From Paludibacteraceae bacterium (GTDB lineage: Bacteria; Bacteroidota; Bacteroidia; Bacteroidales; Paludibacteraceae): 64,000 nt of DNA. Below the pieces are notes generated by a model. That model searched no databases. It had not been told where the DNA came from and was given only the letters and a program-made list of their open reading frames with translations. The translations under genes and the position numbers were made by a program. The stretch lies in contig JAILMN010000030.1 of NCBI GenBank assembly GCA_024692565.1, positions 43 to 64,042 of the forward strand, written 5' to 3'. Positions 26,654 to 37,083 of the stretch are shown here, one piece after another. How positions within the stretch are numbered: position 1 is the first letter of the stretch; each line of letters starts with the position of its first letter.

Positions 26654-27448
26654 ATGATACAATACTTAGATTTATGCAAACGGGTGCTGGAGGAAGGCAC
26701 CGTCAAACATGACCGGACGGGAACGGGAACGATCTCGGTGTTCGGTCATCAGATGCGTTTTCACATGGAAGACGGTTTTCCGCTGTTGACCACGAAGAAA
26801 CTGCATCTGAAGTCGATTATCTACGAACTGCTTTGGTTCTTGCAGGGCGACACGAACGTCAAATACCTGCAGGAGCACGGCGTGCGTATTTGGAACGAAT
26901 GGGCCGACGAAAACGGCGAGTTGGGTCCGGTGTACGGTCATCAGTGGCGTTCTTGGCCGGATTATAACGGCGGTGCGATTGACCAGATTGCGAACATCGT
27001 AGAGATGATCAAGCACAACCCCGACAGCCGCCGTATGATGGTTAGCGCATGGAACGTGGCGGAAGTGGAGAAGATGGCGTTGCCGCCGTGTCACTGTTTG
27101 TTCCAGTTCTACGTGGCGGACGGTAAGTTGAGTCTGCAGTTGTACCAACGGAGTGCGGATATCTTCCTCGGTGTACCGTTCAACATCGCGAGTTATGCAT
27201 TGCTGCTGCAGATGATGGCGCAAGTGACGGGCTTGGCGTGCGGCGATTTCGTACACACGTTCGGCGACGCGCATATCTACTTGAATCACTTGGAGCAAGT
27301 GAAGTTGCAGTTGACGCGTGAGCCGCGGGCGCTACCGAAAATGATTATTAATCCTGAGGTCAAGGATTTGTTCGGCTTCCAATTCGAAGACTTCTCGCTG
27401 GAAGGCTACGATCCGCATCCTCACATTGCCGGAGTAGTAAGTGTATGA
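26654..27448 (+). CDS. thyA: thymidylate synthase
   Basis: Full-length match, including [11 protein letters not shown]. Confidence 0.97.
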   Translation: MIQYLDLCKRVLEEGTVKHDRTGTGTISVFGHQMRFHMEDGFPLLTTKKLHLKSIIYELLWFLQGDTNVKYLQEHGVRIWNEWADENGELGPVYGHQWRSWPDYNGGAIDQIANIVEMIKHNPDSRRMMVSAWNVAEVEKMALPPCHCLFQFYVADGKLSLQLYQRSADIFLGVPFNIASYALLLQMMAQVTGLACGDFVHTFGDAHIYLNHLEQVKLQLTREPRALPKMIINPEVKDLFGFQFEDFSLEGYDPHPHIAGVVSV

Positions 27449-27933
27449 TTAGTATTATAGTAGCAATAGCCGAGAATTATGCGATCGGCAAGAAAGGAGA
27501 TTTGTTGTGCCACATGCCAGCGGACTTGAAGCATTTCAAGGAAGTGACGAGCGGGCACACGGTGATGATGGGTGAAAGGACGTTTCTGTCGCTGCCCAAG
27601 CATCCGCTGCCTAACCGCCGCAACATCGTGCTGACGGACGTGAGAGGCAAGACCTTCGAAGGTGCGGAGACTGTGTATAGCATTGATGAAATGGTGCAAT
27701 TGGTTAATGGTGACGAAGAAGCGTTTGTGATTGGTGGCGGTATGGTGTATCGTCAGATGATGGAGCGTGCGGATAAATTGTATATCACGCATATTCATCA
27801 TAGTTGGGACGATGCGGATACGTTCTTCCCGGAGATTGACCCGAAGATTTGGAAGCAGTTGAGCGCGGAGAGACACAGCGCAGACGAGAATAACCCGTAC
27901 GATTATACATTCGCAGAATATGGCAGACGATAA
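27445..27933 (+). CDS. folA: dihydrofolate reductase
   Basis: [16 protein letters not shown]...MGERTF...VIGGG pattern. ATGA overlap with thyA. Confidence 0.9.
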   Translation: MISIIVAIAENYAIGKKGDLLCHMPADLKHFKEVTSGHTVMMGERTFLSLPKHPLPNRRNIVLTDVRGKTFEGAETVYSIDEMVQLVNGDEEAFVIGGGMVYRQMMERADKLYITHIHHSWDDADTFFPEIDPKIWKQLSAERHSADENNPYDYTFAEYGRR

Positions 27934-29596
27934 GAAAATCATCTTTTCGATGGTGGGTGTAGGCAAGACCTTCCCGCCGCAGAAACGCGTACTCAATAAT
28001 ATCTATTTGAGTTTCTTCTATGGTGCCAAGATCGGTATCATCGGTTTGAACGGTGCCGGTAAATCGACGCTGATGAAAATCATCGCGGGTATTGAGAAAG
28101 AATACCAGGGCGAGGTGGTATGGGCCCCCGGTTACAGCGTGGGTTACCTCGAGCAAGACCCTAAACTGGACCCGAACAAGACGGTTCGTGAGGTGGTGCA
28201 AGAAGGTGTGCAACCGATCATGGACATGTTGAAGGAGTACGACGACATCAATATGGCGTTTGCGGAACCCGATGCGGATGTCGATAAGCTGTTGGCGCGT
28301 CAGGCGGAGCTGCAAGACAAACTCGATGCCGCTGACGCATGGAACATCGACCAGAAACTCGATCGCGCCATGAACGCGCTGCGTTGTCCGCCGGATGAGG
28401 CGAACGTCACTACCCTATCCGGAGGTGAGAGAAGACGCGTAGCATTGTGTCGATTGCTGCTGCAGCAACCCGATGTGCTGCTGCTCGACGAGCCGACGAA
28501 CCACCTCGACGCAGAGAGTATCGATTGGTTGGAGCAACACTTGCAACAGTACGCGGGCACGGTGATCTGCATCACGCACGATCGATATTTCCTGGATCAT
28601 GTAGCCGGTTGGATTTTGGAACTCGACCGCGGTGAAGGTATTCCGTGGAAAGGCAATTACTCGTCGTGGTTGGAGCAAAAGACCACGCGTATGGCGCAGG
28701 AGGAGAAACAGGCGAGCAAGCGTCGTAAGACCCTTGAGCGTGAGTTGGAATGGATTCATATGGCGCCGAAAGCCCGTCATGCGAAGCAGAAAGCACGTTT
28801 GGAAGCGTACGACCGCATGCTGAACGAGGAGCAGAAAGAGCGCGAGGAGAAGTTGGAGATATTCATTCCGAACGGTCCGCGTTTGGGTAATAAGGTCATC
28901 AACGCCGAGGGTGTAGCCAAATCGTTCGGCGACAGGTTGTTGTTCGAGGACCTCAATTTTATGTTGCCGCCTAACGGCATCGTAGGTGTGATCGGTCCGA
29001 ACGGAGCGGGTAAGACAACGCTGTTCCGGATGATCATCGGCACCGAGAAAGCGGACAAAGGTACGTTCTGCGTAGGCGAGACCGTGAAAATCGGTTACGT
29101 CGATCAGCAGCACACGGATATTGATCCCAATAAGTCGGTTTTTGAAACCATCAGTGGTGGTACGGAGTTCATTCGTGTAGCCGGTCGGGAGATTAATGCG
29201 CGTGCGTATTTGAGTCGATTCAATTTCACCGGTGCGGACCAAGAGAAGAAATGCGGTGTGTTGTCCGGCGGTGAACGCAACCGTTTGCATCTGGCGTTGA
29301 CGCTCAAGAGCGAAGCGAACGTGCTGCTGTTGGATGAGCCGACGAACGATATTGACGTGAACACGCTGCGTGCGTTGGAAGAAGGTTTGGAGAACTTCGC
29401 GGGTTGCGCTGTGGTTATCTCGCACGACCGTTGGTTCCTGGACCGCATCTGTACGCACATCTTGGCATACGAAGGTGAGGGCAAGGTGTTCTGGTTCGAA
29501 GGCAGTTATTCGGAGTACGAGGAGAACAAGAAAATGCGGTTGGGTGAAGAGGCCTGTGAACCGAAGCGAGCACGCTACCGCGGATTAACGGATTAG
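27920..29596 (+). CDS. ettA: energy-dependent translational throttle protein (ABC-F)
   Basis: Two ABC cassettes (GLNGAGKST, GPNGAGKTT), an EttA-type N-terminus and an arm linker. Confidence 0.93.
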   Translation: MADDKKIIFSMVGVGKTFPPQKRVLNNIYLSFFYGAKIGIIGLNGAGKSTLMKIIAGIEKEYQGEVVWAPGYSVGYLEQDPKLDPNKTVREVVQEGVQPIMDMLKEYDDINMAFAEPDADVDKLLARQAELQDKLDAADAWNIDQKLDRAMNALRCPPDEANVTTLSGGERRRVALCRLLLQQPDVLLLDEPTNHLDAESIDWLEQHLQQYAGTVICITHDRYFLDHVAGWILELDRGEGIPWKGNYSSWLEQKTTRMAQEEKQASKRRKTLERELEWIHMAPKARHAKQKARLEAYDRMLNEEQKEREEKLEIFIPNGPRLGNKVINAEGVAKSFGDRLLFEDLNFMLPPNGIVGVIGPNGAGKTTLFRMIIGTEKADKGTFCVGETVKIGYVDQQHTDIDPNKSVFETISGGTEFIRVAGREINARAYLSRFNFTGADQEKKCGVLSGGERNRLHLALTLKSEANVLLLDEPTNDIDVNTLRALEEGLENFAGCAVVISHDRWFLDRICTHILAYEGEGKVFWFEGSYSEYEENKKMRLGEEACEPKRARYRGLTD

Positions 29597-29627
29597 AGGA
29601 TTAGAGATTAGAGATTAGAAGTTAGAG
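29583..29627 (+). repeat. 7/8-mer array GATTAGA(G) x6 filling the ettA-tilS spacer
   Basis: gattaacg gattagag gattaga gattaga gattagaa gttagag, then the GTG. The ettA stop lies in unit 2. Confidence 0.92.
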
Positions 29628-30506
29628 GTGCTTCGCAGAGTTAGTACATATATTCGGCAGCGGGGATTGTTGGAGCAAGACAAGCCGGTTTTGGTAGCCA
29701 TCAGTGGCGGCGCAGACAGCGTAGCGTTGTTGGATGTGCTCTTGCGCGCCGGATATACGTGCATTGCAGTTCATTGCAATTTTCACTTGCGGGGCGCAGA
29801 GAGCGATCGGGATGAGGCTTTTGTGCGGGAACTTTGTGCAAAGCTGAATGTGCCGCTGGATGTGAAGCATTTTGACACGGTGTCTTATGCCCAAGCGCAT
29901 GAGGTGAGTATAGAAGTGGCGGCAAGAGAATTGCGCTATGCATGGTTCGATGAAGTGGCCAAAGCGCACGGATGTCAGGCTATTGCGGTAGCGCATCATC
30001 AGAACGATCAGGCGGAGACGATATTGCTGAATCTCAAACGCGGCACAGGTTTGCGCGGTTTGGCAGGTATGCGACCCGTCAGCAGCAATCCGATGGCGCC
30101 GGAGAGTATTAAAGTCGTACGACCGCTGCTCTGCACGACACGCGATTATATCGAGCATTACTTGCGTGACAAACGTCATCTAACGTGGGTGAACGACAGC
30201 ACGAATGCGGACATCGCGATCACACGTAATGCCGTGCGGGAACAGTTGAAGACATACAGCAAAGCGGAGATTGAGCACATGGCGCAGACCGCGGAATATA
30301 TGCAGGGGTATATTGACTTGCTGGACGGCAAAGCCACACGTGAGGCGGAACTGACGAAGTTATACGAACAACTGCGTGAGTACGGTTTTGCGGAGATTGA
30401 TAAGATTTACGACGCGTTGCAGCGAGGTGAAGGCGGCAAAACTTTCACGTCCAAAACGCACCGCGGCGTGATACGAAAAGGACAACTATGCGTCACTACG
30501 GTATAA
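29628..30506 (+). CDS. tilS: tRNA(Ile)-lysidine synthetase (short form)
   Basis: PP-loop SGGADS. GTG start directly after a repeat array. Confidence 0.85.
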   Translation: MLRRVSTYIRQRGLLEQDKPVLVAISGGADSVALLDVLLRAGYTCIAVHCNFHLRGAESDRDEAFVRELCAKLNVPLDVKHFDTVSYAQAHEVSIEVAARELRYAWFDEVAKAHGCQAIAVAHHQNDQAETILLNLKRGTGLRGLAGMRPVSSNPMAPESIKVVRPLLCTTRDYIEHYLRDKRHLTWVNDSTNADIAITRNAVREQLKTYSKAEIEHMAQTAEYMQGYIDLLDGKATREAELTKLYEQLREYGFAEIDKIYDALQRGEGGKTFTSKTHRGVIRKGQLCVTTV

Positions 30507-31201
30507 TAGGATATCCATTGGAGCATTCGTTTTCAGCGAAGTATTTCAATGAGAAATTTGCGGCAGAGCACATCGATGCCGAATACTCGTTGTACCCGGT
30601 TGCCGAGGCGGAGATTGCGCGACTGAAGGAATACATCGACACCTTGGACGGCATGAATATCACATTCCCGTACAAGCGCGCCGTTATTCCTTATTTAGAG
30701 CGTTTGGACGCAACGGCGCAAGCGATCGGTGCGGTGAACGTGGTGCATCGGCATGTAGGTTATAACACAGATTGTATCGGATTCATACAAGCTATCCAAC
30801 CGCTGCTGCGACCGGACGATCGAAAGGCACTAGTGTTAGGTACAGGCGGTGCATCCAAAGCCGTGTGTTACGGTTTGCGTCAGTTGGGTATCACGCCTAC
30901 GCTCGTTAGTCGCACACCGCAGGACGGGCAGATAGGTTACAGCGACTTGGATGCCGACATCATGGCGCAGCACACGATGATTATCAACTGCACGCCTTTA
31001 GGTATGTTGCCCGATACCGATACGTGTTCGCCGATACCGTACGAACATATTTCGGCACAACATTTGCTCTTTGATTGTGTGTACAACCCCGAAGAGACAC
31101 TCTTTTTGCGCAAAGGTAAAGCGCAGGGAGCGGCCACACACAACGGCATGCAGATGCTGATCGGGCAAGCAAAAGCAGCATGGGAAATATGGTCAAATTG
31201 A
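30488..31201 (+). CDS. aroE: shikimate dehydrogenase
   Basis: IIGYPLEHSFS...NITFPYK...LGTGGASKA pattern. Confidence 0.85.
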   Translation: MRHYGIIGYPLEHSFSAKYFNEKFAAEHIDAEYSLYPVAEAEIARLKEYIDTLDGMNITFPYKRAVIPYLERLDATAQAIGAVNVVHRHVGYNTDCIGFIQAIQPLLRPDDRKALVLGTGGASKAVCYGLRQLGITPTLVSRTPQDGQIGYSDLDADIMAQHTMIINCTPLGMLPDTDTCSPIPYEHISAQHLLFDCVYNPEETLFLRKGKAQGAATHNGMQMLIGQAKAAWEIWSN

Positions 31202-31243
31202 CATTTGACATTTTAGATTTTAGATTTTATATTTTAGATTAAT
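31198..31243 (+). repeat. heptamer array TTGACAT x2 + TTTAGAT x4 filling the aroE-DUF4831 spacer
   Basis: Unit 1 contains the aroE TGA (31199-31201). The array ends taat and then the ATG at 31244. Confidence 0.95.
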
Positions 31244-32287
31244 ATGAAAAAGTTATTTTTGATGCTCGTAGGAGCAATGATGATCAGCGCGATGCACGCG
31301 CAAGTAGTTGACCAGGGAGAAGCGGCATTGGTGTACTACTCCCCGAAGACCCTCGTGTCCTTAGATTTTGCATACACGGTGGAGACGCAAGAGATGGGAA
31401 TCTATGCGCAGTATGCCGAAAGTATGCTTGGTGCGACGGAGGTAATCAAAGAGAACAAAACGACTTATTCGTTGACCCATGTGCAGATCGGTACACGTAC
31501 GTTAACGGACTACGAGCGTCCGCACAAAGTGACCGCCGATGCCGGTATTCCGTTGCTGCTTACAATCAACGAAAGAGGTATGCTCGTGGGTTACAACCTG
31601 CCGCCGTTCGAGAAAAAACCGGCTCCTTTCAGACCTGACACTTGCCACAAACCGGGTGCAAGGAATAGGGTTAGCGTTGCTCCTTACCCTGAGGAAGTGC
31701 TGACGGCAGCCAATCCGTTGGCGCAGGCGCATGCGGTGGCGAAACAGATCTTCCATTTGCGTGAAACGCGTATGTATCTGCTTAACGGCGAAGTGGAGCA
31801 TGCTCCGGCTGACGGTCGTGCGATGCAATTGGTGCTGGCGGAACTGGACAAACAGGAGCGCACGCTGACGGAGTTATTCGTGGGAAAGAAATGCACTCGC
31901 ACCGAGCACAAACGCGTCGAGATGTTGCCCGAAGAGCAGGAAGAGTTGTTCTTCTTCTCTACCGACAACGGTTTTACGGACGCGGAGAACATCGATGCGG
32001 ATACGATTCGCGTGAATGTAGTTCTGCATCCGCAGGAGTTCAAACCGGTGGTGGAAGACAAGAAGAAGAAAGCCAAAGCGCCGGAGGTATCGCCGATCGT
32101 GTATAATCTGCCGGGTAGCGGCGATGTGAAGGTGGTGTTCGACGGTCGCACGTTGGGTTCGCGCACTATTCCTGTTGCGCAGATCGGTGTGGATGTGCCG
32201 TTGGCGAAAAGTGTGTTCTCCGGCGCTGAGTTACCGGTGATCATCTTCAACGAAAAGACCGGAAACATCCTATCTATTTCCAAATGA
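31244..32287 (+). CDS. DUF4831-like secreted protein
   Basis: Signal peptide. Sits immediately upstream of the DUF4835 gene, as in other Bacteroidales (from memory). Confidence 0.5.
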   Translation: MKKLFLMLVGAMMISAMHAQVVDQGEAALVYYSPKTLVSLDFAYTVETQEMGIYAQYAESMLGATEVIKENKTTYSLTHVQIGTRTLTDYERPHKVTADAGIPLLLTINERGMLVGYNLPPFEKKPAPFRPDTCHKPGARNRVSVAPYPEEVLTAANPLAQAHAVAKQIFHLRETRMYLLNGEVEHAPADGRAMQLVLAELDKQERTLTELFVGKKCTRTEHKRVEMLPEEQEELFFFSTDNGFTDAENIDADTIRVNVVLHPQEFKPVVEDKKKKAKAPEVSPIVYNLPGSGDVKVVFDGRTLGSRTIPVAQIGVDVPLAKSVFSGAELPVIIFNEKTGNILSISK

Positions 32288-33189
32288 GAAGAATAGCTAT
32301 CATATTAGCTCTGTCCGCATTCTCGTATGCCGCGGCGCAGGAGATTAACTGTACTGTGACCATCAATTCCGACCAGATTGAGGGTTCGAACAAACAAGTC
32401 TATGAGACGCTCAAGAAAGGCATCGAGGAGTACATGAACCAGAATCGCTGGACAAACATGACGTACGCGGAGCACGAGAAGATCGAATGCAGCATGCTGA
32501 TCGTGGTGAAAGCGGTTGCAGGCAACAGTTACACCTGCGAGATGACGCTGCAGAGTCGTCGTCCGGTATATGGTACTACTTACTCTACGCCGCTGTTAAA
32601 CTTCAAGGACAACGCGTTCAATTTCACGTACCAGGAGTTCGACCGCATCGAATGGCAACAGAATCAGTTCACGACGAACCTCACCGCGATGCTGGCGTAC
32701 TACTGCTACCTCATCATCGGGCACGATCAAGACAGTTTTCAACGCATGGGCGGCACACCATTCTTCCAGATGTGCGAAGAGATTGTGAACGTCTGTCAGT
32801 CGGCAAGCATGGACGGTGTGGAGCAAAAAGGTTGGCTCGCTTTTGACAGCAACCGCAACCGCTATGCGCTGATTAACAACCTGTTAGACGAAGCTTTTAA
32901 GAAATATCGCAATTTCTACTACGAGTACCATCGTTTGGGTTTGGACGAGATGAGCGCTAATGTGACGAACGGTCGCGCACGCATCGCCGATGGTCTGCCG
33001 GTGCTCAAAGAAGCGTATCGCGCAAGACCTGCGACCTATGTCATTAACACGTTTTTGGATGCCAAAGCGGACGAACTCGTGGACATCTTCCGCAAAGGTA
33101 CGGACAAAGAGAAAAAAGCTGTTTATGAGATGCTCATGGACATCGATCCGACGCGACAGAACACGTACGAAAAAATTACTGCTAACTGA
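32284..33189 (+). CDS. porD: DUF4835 / type IX secretion PorD-like protein
   Basis: Signal peptide then QEINCTVTINSDQI...NQNRWTN pattern. Conserved neighbourhood with recN. Confidence 0.55.
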   Translation: MRRIAIILALSAFSYAAAQEINCTVTINSDQIEGSNKQVYETLKKGIEEYMNQNRWTNMTYAEHEKIECSMLIVVKAVAGNSYTCEMTLQSRRPVYGTTYSTPLLNFKDNAFNFTYQEFDRIEWQQNQFTTNLTAMLAYYCYLIIGHDQDSFQRMGGTPFFQMCEEIVNVCQSASMDGVEQKGWLAFDSNRNRYALINNLLDEAFKKYRNFYYEYHRLGLDEMSANVTNGRARIADGLPVLKEAYRARPATYVINTFLDAKADELVDIFRKGTDKEKKAVYEMLMDIDPTRQNTYEKITAN

Positions 33190-34766
33190 TGTTAAAGCAT
33201 TTACACATACAAAACTACGCGCTTATCAGCCATTTGGACATCGACTTCGGTGCCGGTTTTTCGGTGCTGACCGGTGAGACAGGTGCGGGAAAGAGTATCA
33301 TCCTCGGTGCGCTGGCACTGGTCTTGGGTGCGCGCGCAGAAAGCAAAGCGATCACCGATGGCGAAGACAAATGTATCATCGAGGCGGAGTTTGATGAAGG
33401 TATCATTCGCCGCGAGCTGTATGCCAACGGCAAGAGTCGTTCGTTCGTGGACGATGGTGTGGTGACGCTGCAGGAACTCAAAGTGCTGGCGAACAAACTG
33501 ATTGATATTCACTCGCAGCACGCTAATCTGCTGATTGAGAATGCGGATTTTCAATTGGAGGTCGTTGATGCGATTGCCAAGAATGAATCGCTGCTGAACG
33601 AGTACAGTGCGCAGTACGAGCGCTATACGGCAGCTGTGGAAGCCTTGCAGAAGCTGCAGGCGCTGGCGAAAAAAAGTCAGGCTGATGCCGATTATATCCA
33701 ATATCGATTCCAGTTGTTGGACGAGGCGAATCTGCAGGCGGGCGAGTTGGAAGAGCTGGAGAACGAGCAATATCGCTTGAGTCACGCGGAAGAGATTCGT
33801 GCGGCGTTGGACACGGCGATTGCGGCGCTCAGTGGCGAACAAGGTAGCGCTATCGAAGCTTTGCGTGCGTGTCGTTTAGATGAGGCTGCGCCGGAGTTGC
33901 AAGAGCGTTTGGATAGTACGCGGATTGAGTTGCAGGACATTGCTTCGGAGGCGGAACGTGCGCTCAACCGCATCGAGATGGATCCGCAACGCTTGGCGTG
34001 GGTAGAAGAACGGTTGAACACGCTCAACGGCTTGCTGCATAAGTTCAGCGCAGAGAACGTGGAGGAGTTGATTCAGACGCGCGATGAGTTGGCGGAGCAA
34101 GTGAATCGTTTGGACTCGTTCGATTATGATATTGCGCAAGCGCAGAAAACCGTTGAGGCAGAGAAAGCTACGTTGACGAAGTTGGCAAAAGCCTTGACGC
34201 TAAGCCGTCAAGCCGTTGTGCCGCAGATCTGTGAACGATTGGTAAACGGCCTCACACGCTTGGGCGTAGCGCATGCCAAAGTGGAGATTCCTATTACGGC
34301 GACACCGGACTTCACGCCGCGCGGCTGCGACGAAGTGCAGATCCTATTTGCCGCCAACCTCAACCAGAGTCTGCGCAATGTGAGCGAAGTGGCATCCGGC
34401 GGTGAGATAAGTCGATTGATGCTGTGCGTGAAGGCACTTATCGCAAGCACCAAAGGTCTGCCGACCATCATCTTCGATGAGATTGACACCGGTGTCAGCG
34501 GAGATATTGCTACGCAGATGGCGGCGATTATGAAAGAGATGGCGGCGCACCGACAGATCATCGCCATCACGCATCTGCCGCAGATAGCGTCGCTCGGTCA
34601 GACGCATTACAAAGTGTACAAAGCCGATACGGCCACACGAACCGAGACACACATCAGTCGCCTCAACGACGACGAACGTATCATAGAAATCGCTTCGATG
34701 TTGAGCGGAAAGAACCCCTCACCCGAAGCGATTGCCAACGCCAAACAGTTATTATGTTACCATTAG
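33189..34766 (+). CDS. recN: DNA repair protein RecN
   Basis: Walker A GETGAGKS, a long coiled coil, and the C-terminal SGGE signature with DEID Walker B. Confidence 0.9.
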   Translation: MLKHLHIQNYALISHLDIDFGAGFSVLTGETGAGKSIILGALALVLGARAESKAITDGEDKCIIEAEFDEGIIRRELYANGKSRSFVDDGVVTLQELKVLANKLIDIHSQHANLLIENADFQLEVVDAIAKNESLLNEYSAQYERYTAAVEALQKLQALAKKSQADADYIQYRFQLLDEANLQAGELEELENEQYRLSHAEEIRAALDTAIAALSGEQGSAIEALRACRLDEAAPELQERLDSTRIELQDIASEAERALNRIEMDPQRLAWVEERLNTLNGLLHKFSAENVEELIQTRDELAEQVNRLDSFDYDIAQAQKTVEAEKATLTKLAKALTLSRQAVVPQICERLVNGLTRLGVAHAKVEIPITATPDFTPRGCDEVQILFAANLNQSLRNVSEVASGGEISRLMLCVKALIASTKGLPTIIFDEIDTGVSGDIATQMAAIMKEMAAHRQIIAITHLPQIASLGQTHYKVYKADTATRTETHISRLNDDERIIEIASMLSGKNPSPEAIANAKQLLCYH

Positions 34767-35974
34767 CGGAACGCATGCGTCCGAAGACGCTGAACGATTA
34801 CATAGGCCAGAAACATCTGGTGGGCGAAGGAGCGATCTTGCGCCAAATGATTGAAAGCGGTAACATCGCCAGCTTCATTCTGTGGGGTCCTCCGGGCGTA
34901 GGCAAGACGACGCTTGCGCGCATCATCGCGCATCAGTTGCAACGTCCGTTCTACACGCTCAGTGCGGTCACCAGTGGTGTGAAAGAGGTGCGGGACGTGA
35001 TTGACAAAGCCAAACGTAACGCATCGCTCAATAGTGGTCTTTTTGCACCTGCGGACGGTCGCAGTCCGATATTGTTCATCGATGAGATTCACCGCTTCAG
35101 CAAAAGTCAGCAAGACAGTCTGTTGGGCGCCGTGGAGGAAGGAACGATTACGCTGGTCGGTGCGACCACCGAAAACCCTTCGTTCGAAGTGATTACGCCG
35201 CTACTCAGTCGCTGTCAGGTGTATGTACTTAAGGCCTTAGACAAAGAGGACTTGTTGGAATTGCTCAACCGCACGCTGACGCAAGACGAGTATATCCGTT
35301 CGCTCAATCTGCAGATCAAAGACACGGATGCACTACTTCGCTACAGCGGAGGCGATGCACGTAAACTGCTCAATATTATTGAGTTAGTGAGCAACAGCGG
35401 TGCGAAGATCATTGACAACGAAACGGTTACCAAGCAGTTGCAACAGAATCCGGTGGCGTACGACAAGGATGGCGAGATGCACTATGACATCATCTCAGCG
35501 TTCATCAAATCGGTACGCGGTAGCGACCCGAACGCGGCAATTTACTGGCTTGCGCGAATGATTGAAGGCGGCGAAGATCCGAAATTCATTGCGCGAAGGC
35601 TTGTCATTTTAGCCAGCGAAGATATCGGTCTGGCGAATCCCAACGCGATGCTGCTGGCGAACACCTGCTTCGATGTGGTGAATAAGATCGGTTGGCCGGA
35701 AGGACGTATTCCGTTGGCGGAAACAACGATTTATTTGGCGACCTGCAAGAAAGATAACTCGGCTTACTTAGCCATCGACGAGGCCTTGGCGAAAGTACGC
35801 GAGACCGGTAATCTGCCGGTACCCTTACATCTGCGCAACGCACCGACGTCGCTGATGAAAGAACTCGGATACTCGGACGGATACAAGTACCCACACGATT
35901 TTCCGGGACATTGGATTGAACAACAATACATGCCGGACGAAGTGCAGGGGACGGTATTTTGGAAGAAAGATTGA
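34754..35974 (+). CDS. rarA: replication-associated recombination protein A
   Basis: GPPGVGKTT, FIDEIHRF and the MgsA C-terminal domain. Confidence 0.92.
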   Translation: MLPLAERMRPKTLNDYIGQKHLVGEGAILRQMIESGNIASFILWGPPGVGKTTLARIIAHQLQRPFYTLSAVTSGVKEVRDVIDKAKRNASLNSGLFAPADGRSPILFIDEIHRFSKSQQDSLLGAVEEGTITLVGATTENPSFEVITPLLSRCQVYVLKALDKEDLLELLNRTLTQDEYIRSLNLQIKDTDALLRYSGGDARKLLNIIELVSNSGAKIIDNETVTKQLQQNPVAYDKDGEMHYDIISAFIKSVRGSDPNAAIYWLARMIEGGEDPKFIARRLVILASEDIGLANPNAMLLANTCFDVVNKIGWPEGRIPLAETTIYLATCKKDNSAYLAIDEALAKVRETGNLPVPLHLRNAPTSLMKELGYSDGYKYPHDFPGHWIEQQYMPDEVQGTVFWKKD

Positions 35975-37068
35975 TGGCAGGCGTGTACGTACATATTCCG
36001 TTTTGCAAGAAACGCTGTCTGTACTGCGATTTCTTCTCCACTACCCTGCTGGAGCGACGTGCGGAATATGTGACTGCCCTGCTGGAAGAGATCCGAGCAC
36101 GAAAGCACGAACTCGACGACATACGCACTGTTTACCTCGGCGGAGGAACACCCAGCGTATTGGACGTCGCTGACATACAACAGATCTTTGACACGATTGG
36201 CACCGAGCGCGCAGAAGAGATTACGATGGAACTCAATCCGGGTGATGCGACGCCGGCGTACCTCGCTGCGATCCGCGCAGCAGGCATCAACCGTTTGTCC
36301 ATTGGTGTGCAATCGTTGGATGACCGTTTGCTTCAACTCATCGGGCGCAGGCACACGGCGGCACAGGCTATTGACACGGTGCGTTGGGCACAAGCCGCAG
36401 GGTTTGACAATATCTCCATTGATCTGATGTACGCGCTGCCTACGCAGACGTTCGACCAATGGAAAACGGACATACAGCGCGCGCTGGACTTGGGCGTACA
36501 GCATATTTCGTCTTACGGGCTGATGTACGAAGAAGGCACTGCGTTGACGAAGATGCGAGACGCAGGCGCCATCGAAGCCATCGACGAGGACACCGAGAAC
36601 GAGATGTACGATGTCTTGTGCGAACAACTGAAAAAAGCGGGCTTTGTGCATTATGAAGTGAGCAATTTCGCCTTGCCGGGCTACGAAGCCAAACATAACA
36701 GCAGCTATTGGGACGGAACGCCGTACATAGGCGTCGGCGCCGGAGCGCACAGTTACTTACCGCCCGTGCGAAGTTGGAATCCCGACGACCTCGATGCGTA
36801 CATCTACGGCATCATGGCACATAATTTGCTGAGGGAAAGTGAGACACTGACGGAAAAAGATCGGTACAACGAAAGCATCATGTTGGGTCTGCGGACGCGT
36901 CAAGGAATTAACGAGGAGTTAACGAGACGTTATCGAGACGTTATCGAGACCTCAACGAGGTTTTTGAACGACGGCTCGTTACAAAAAACACCCGAAGGAC
37001 GCATCGTTGCTACACAAAAAGGATTACACATCCTCAACCGCATCATTGAGGCATTGATGATAGAATAA
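35974..37068 (+). CDS. hemW: radical SAM heme chaperone HemW (HemN-like)
   Basis: MAGVYVHIPFCKKRCLYCDF with CxxxCxxC. TGATG overlap with rarA. Confidence 0.88.
   Translation: MAGVYVHIPFCKKRCLYCDFFSTTLLERRAEYVTALLEEIRARKHELDDIRTVYLGGGTPSVLDVADIQQIFDTIGTERAEEITMELNPGDATPAYLAAIRAAGINRLSIGVQSLDDRLLQLIGRRHTAAQAIDTVRWAQAAGFDNISIDLMYALPTQTFDQWKTDIQRALDLGVQHISSYGLMYEEGTALTKMRDAGAIEAIDEDTENEMYDVLCEQLKKAGFVHYEVSNFALPGYEAKHNSSYWDGTPYIGVGAGAHSYLPPVRSWNPDDLDAYIYGIMAHNLLRESETLTEKDRYNESIMLGLRTRQGINEELTRRYRDVIETSTRFLNDGSLQKTPEGRIVATQKGLHILNRIIEALMIE
36908..36962 (+). repeat. 11-bp array TTAWCGAGRNS x5 inside the hemW CDS
   Basis: ttaacgaggag ttaacgagacg ttatcgagacg ttatcgagacc tcaacgaggtt. The 17-nt word TTAACGAGGAGTTAACG is also present, reverse-complemented, at 47442-47460. 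Confidence 0.85.
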
Positions 37069-37083
37069 AAAAACAACAATTAT

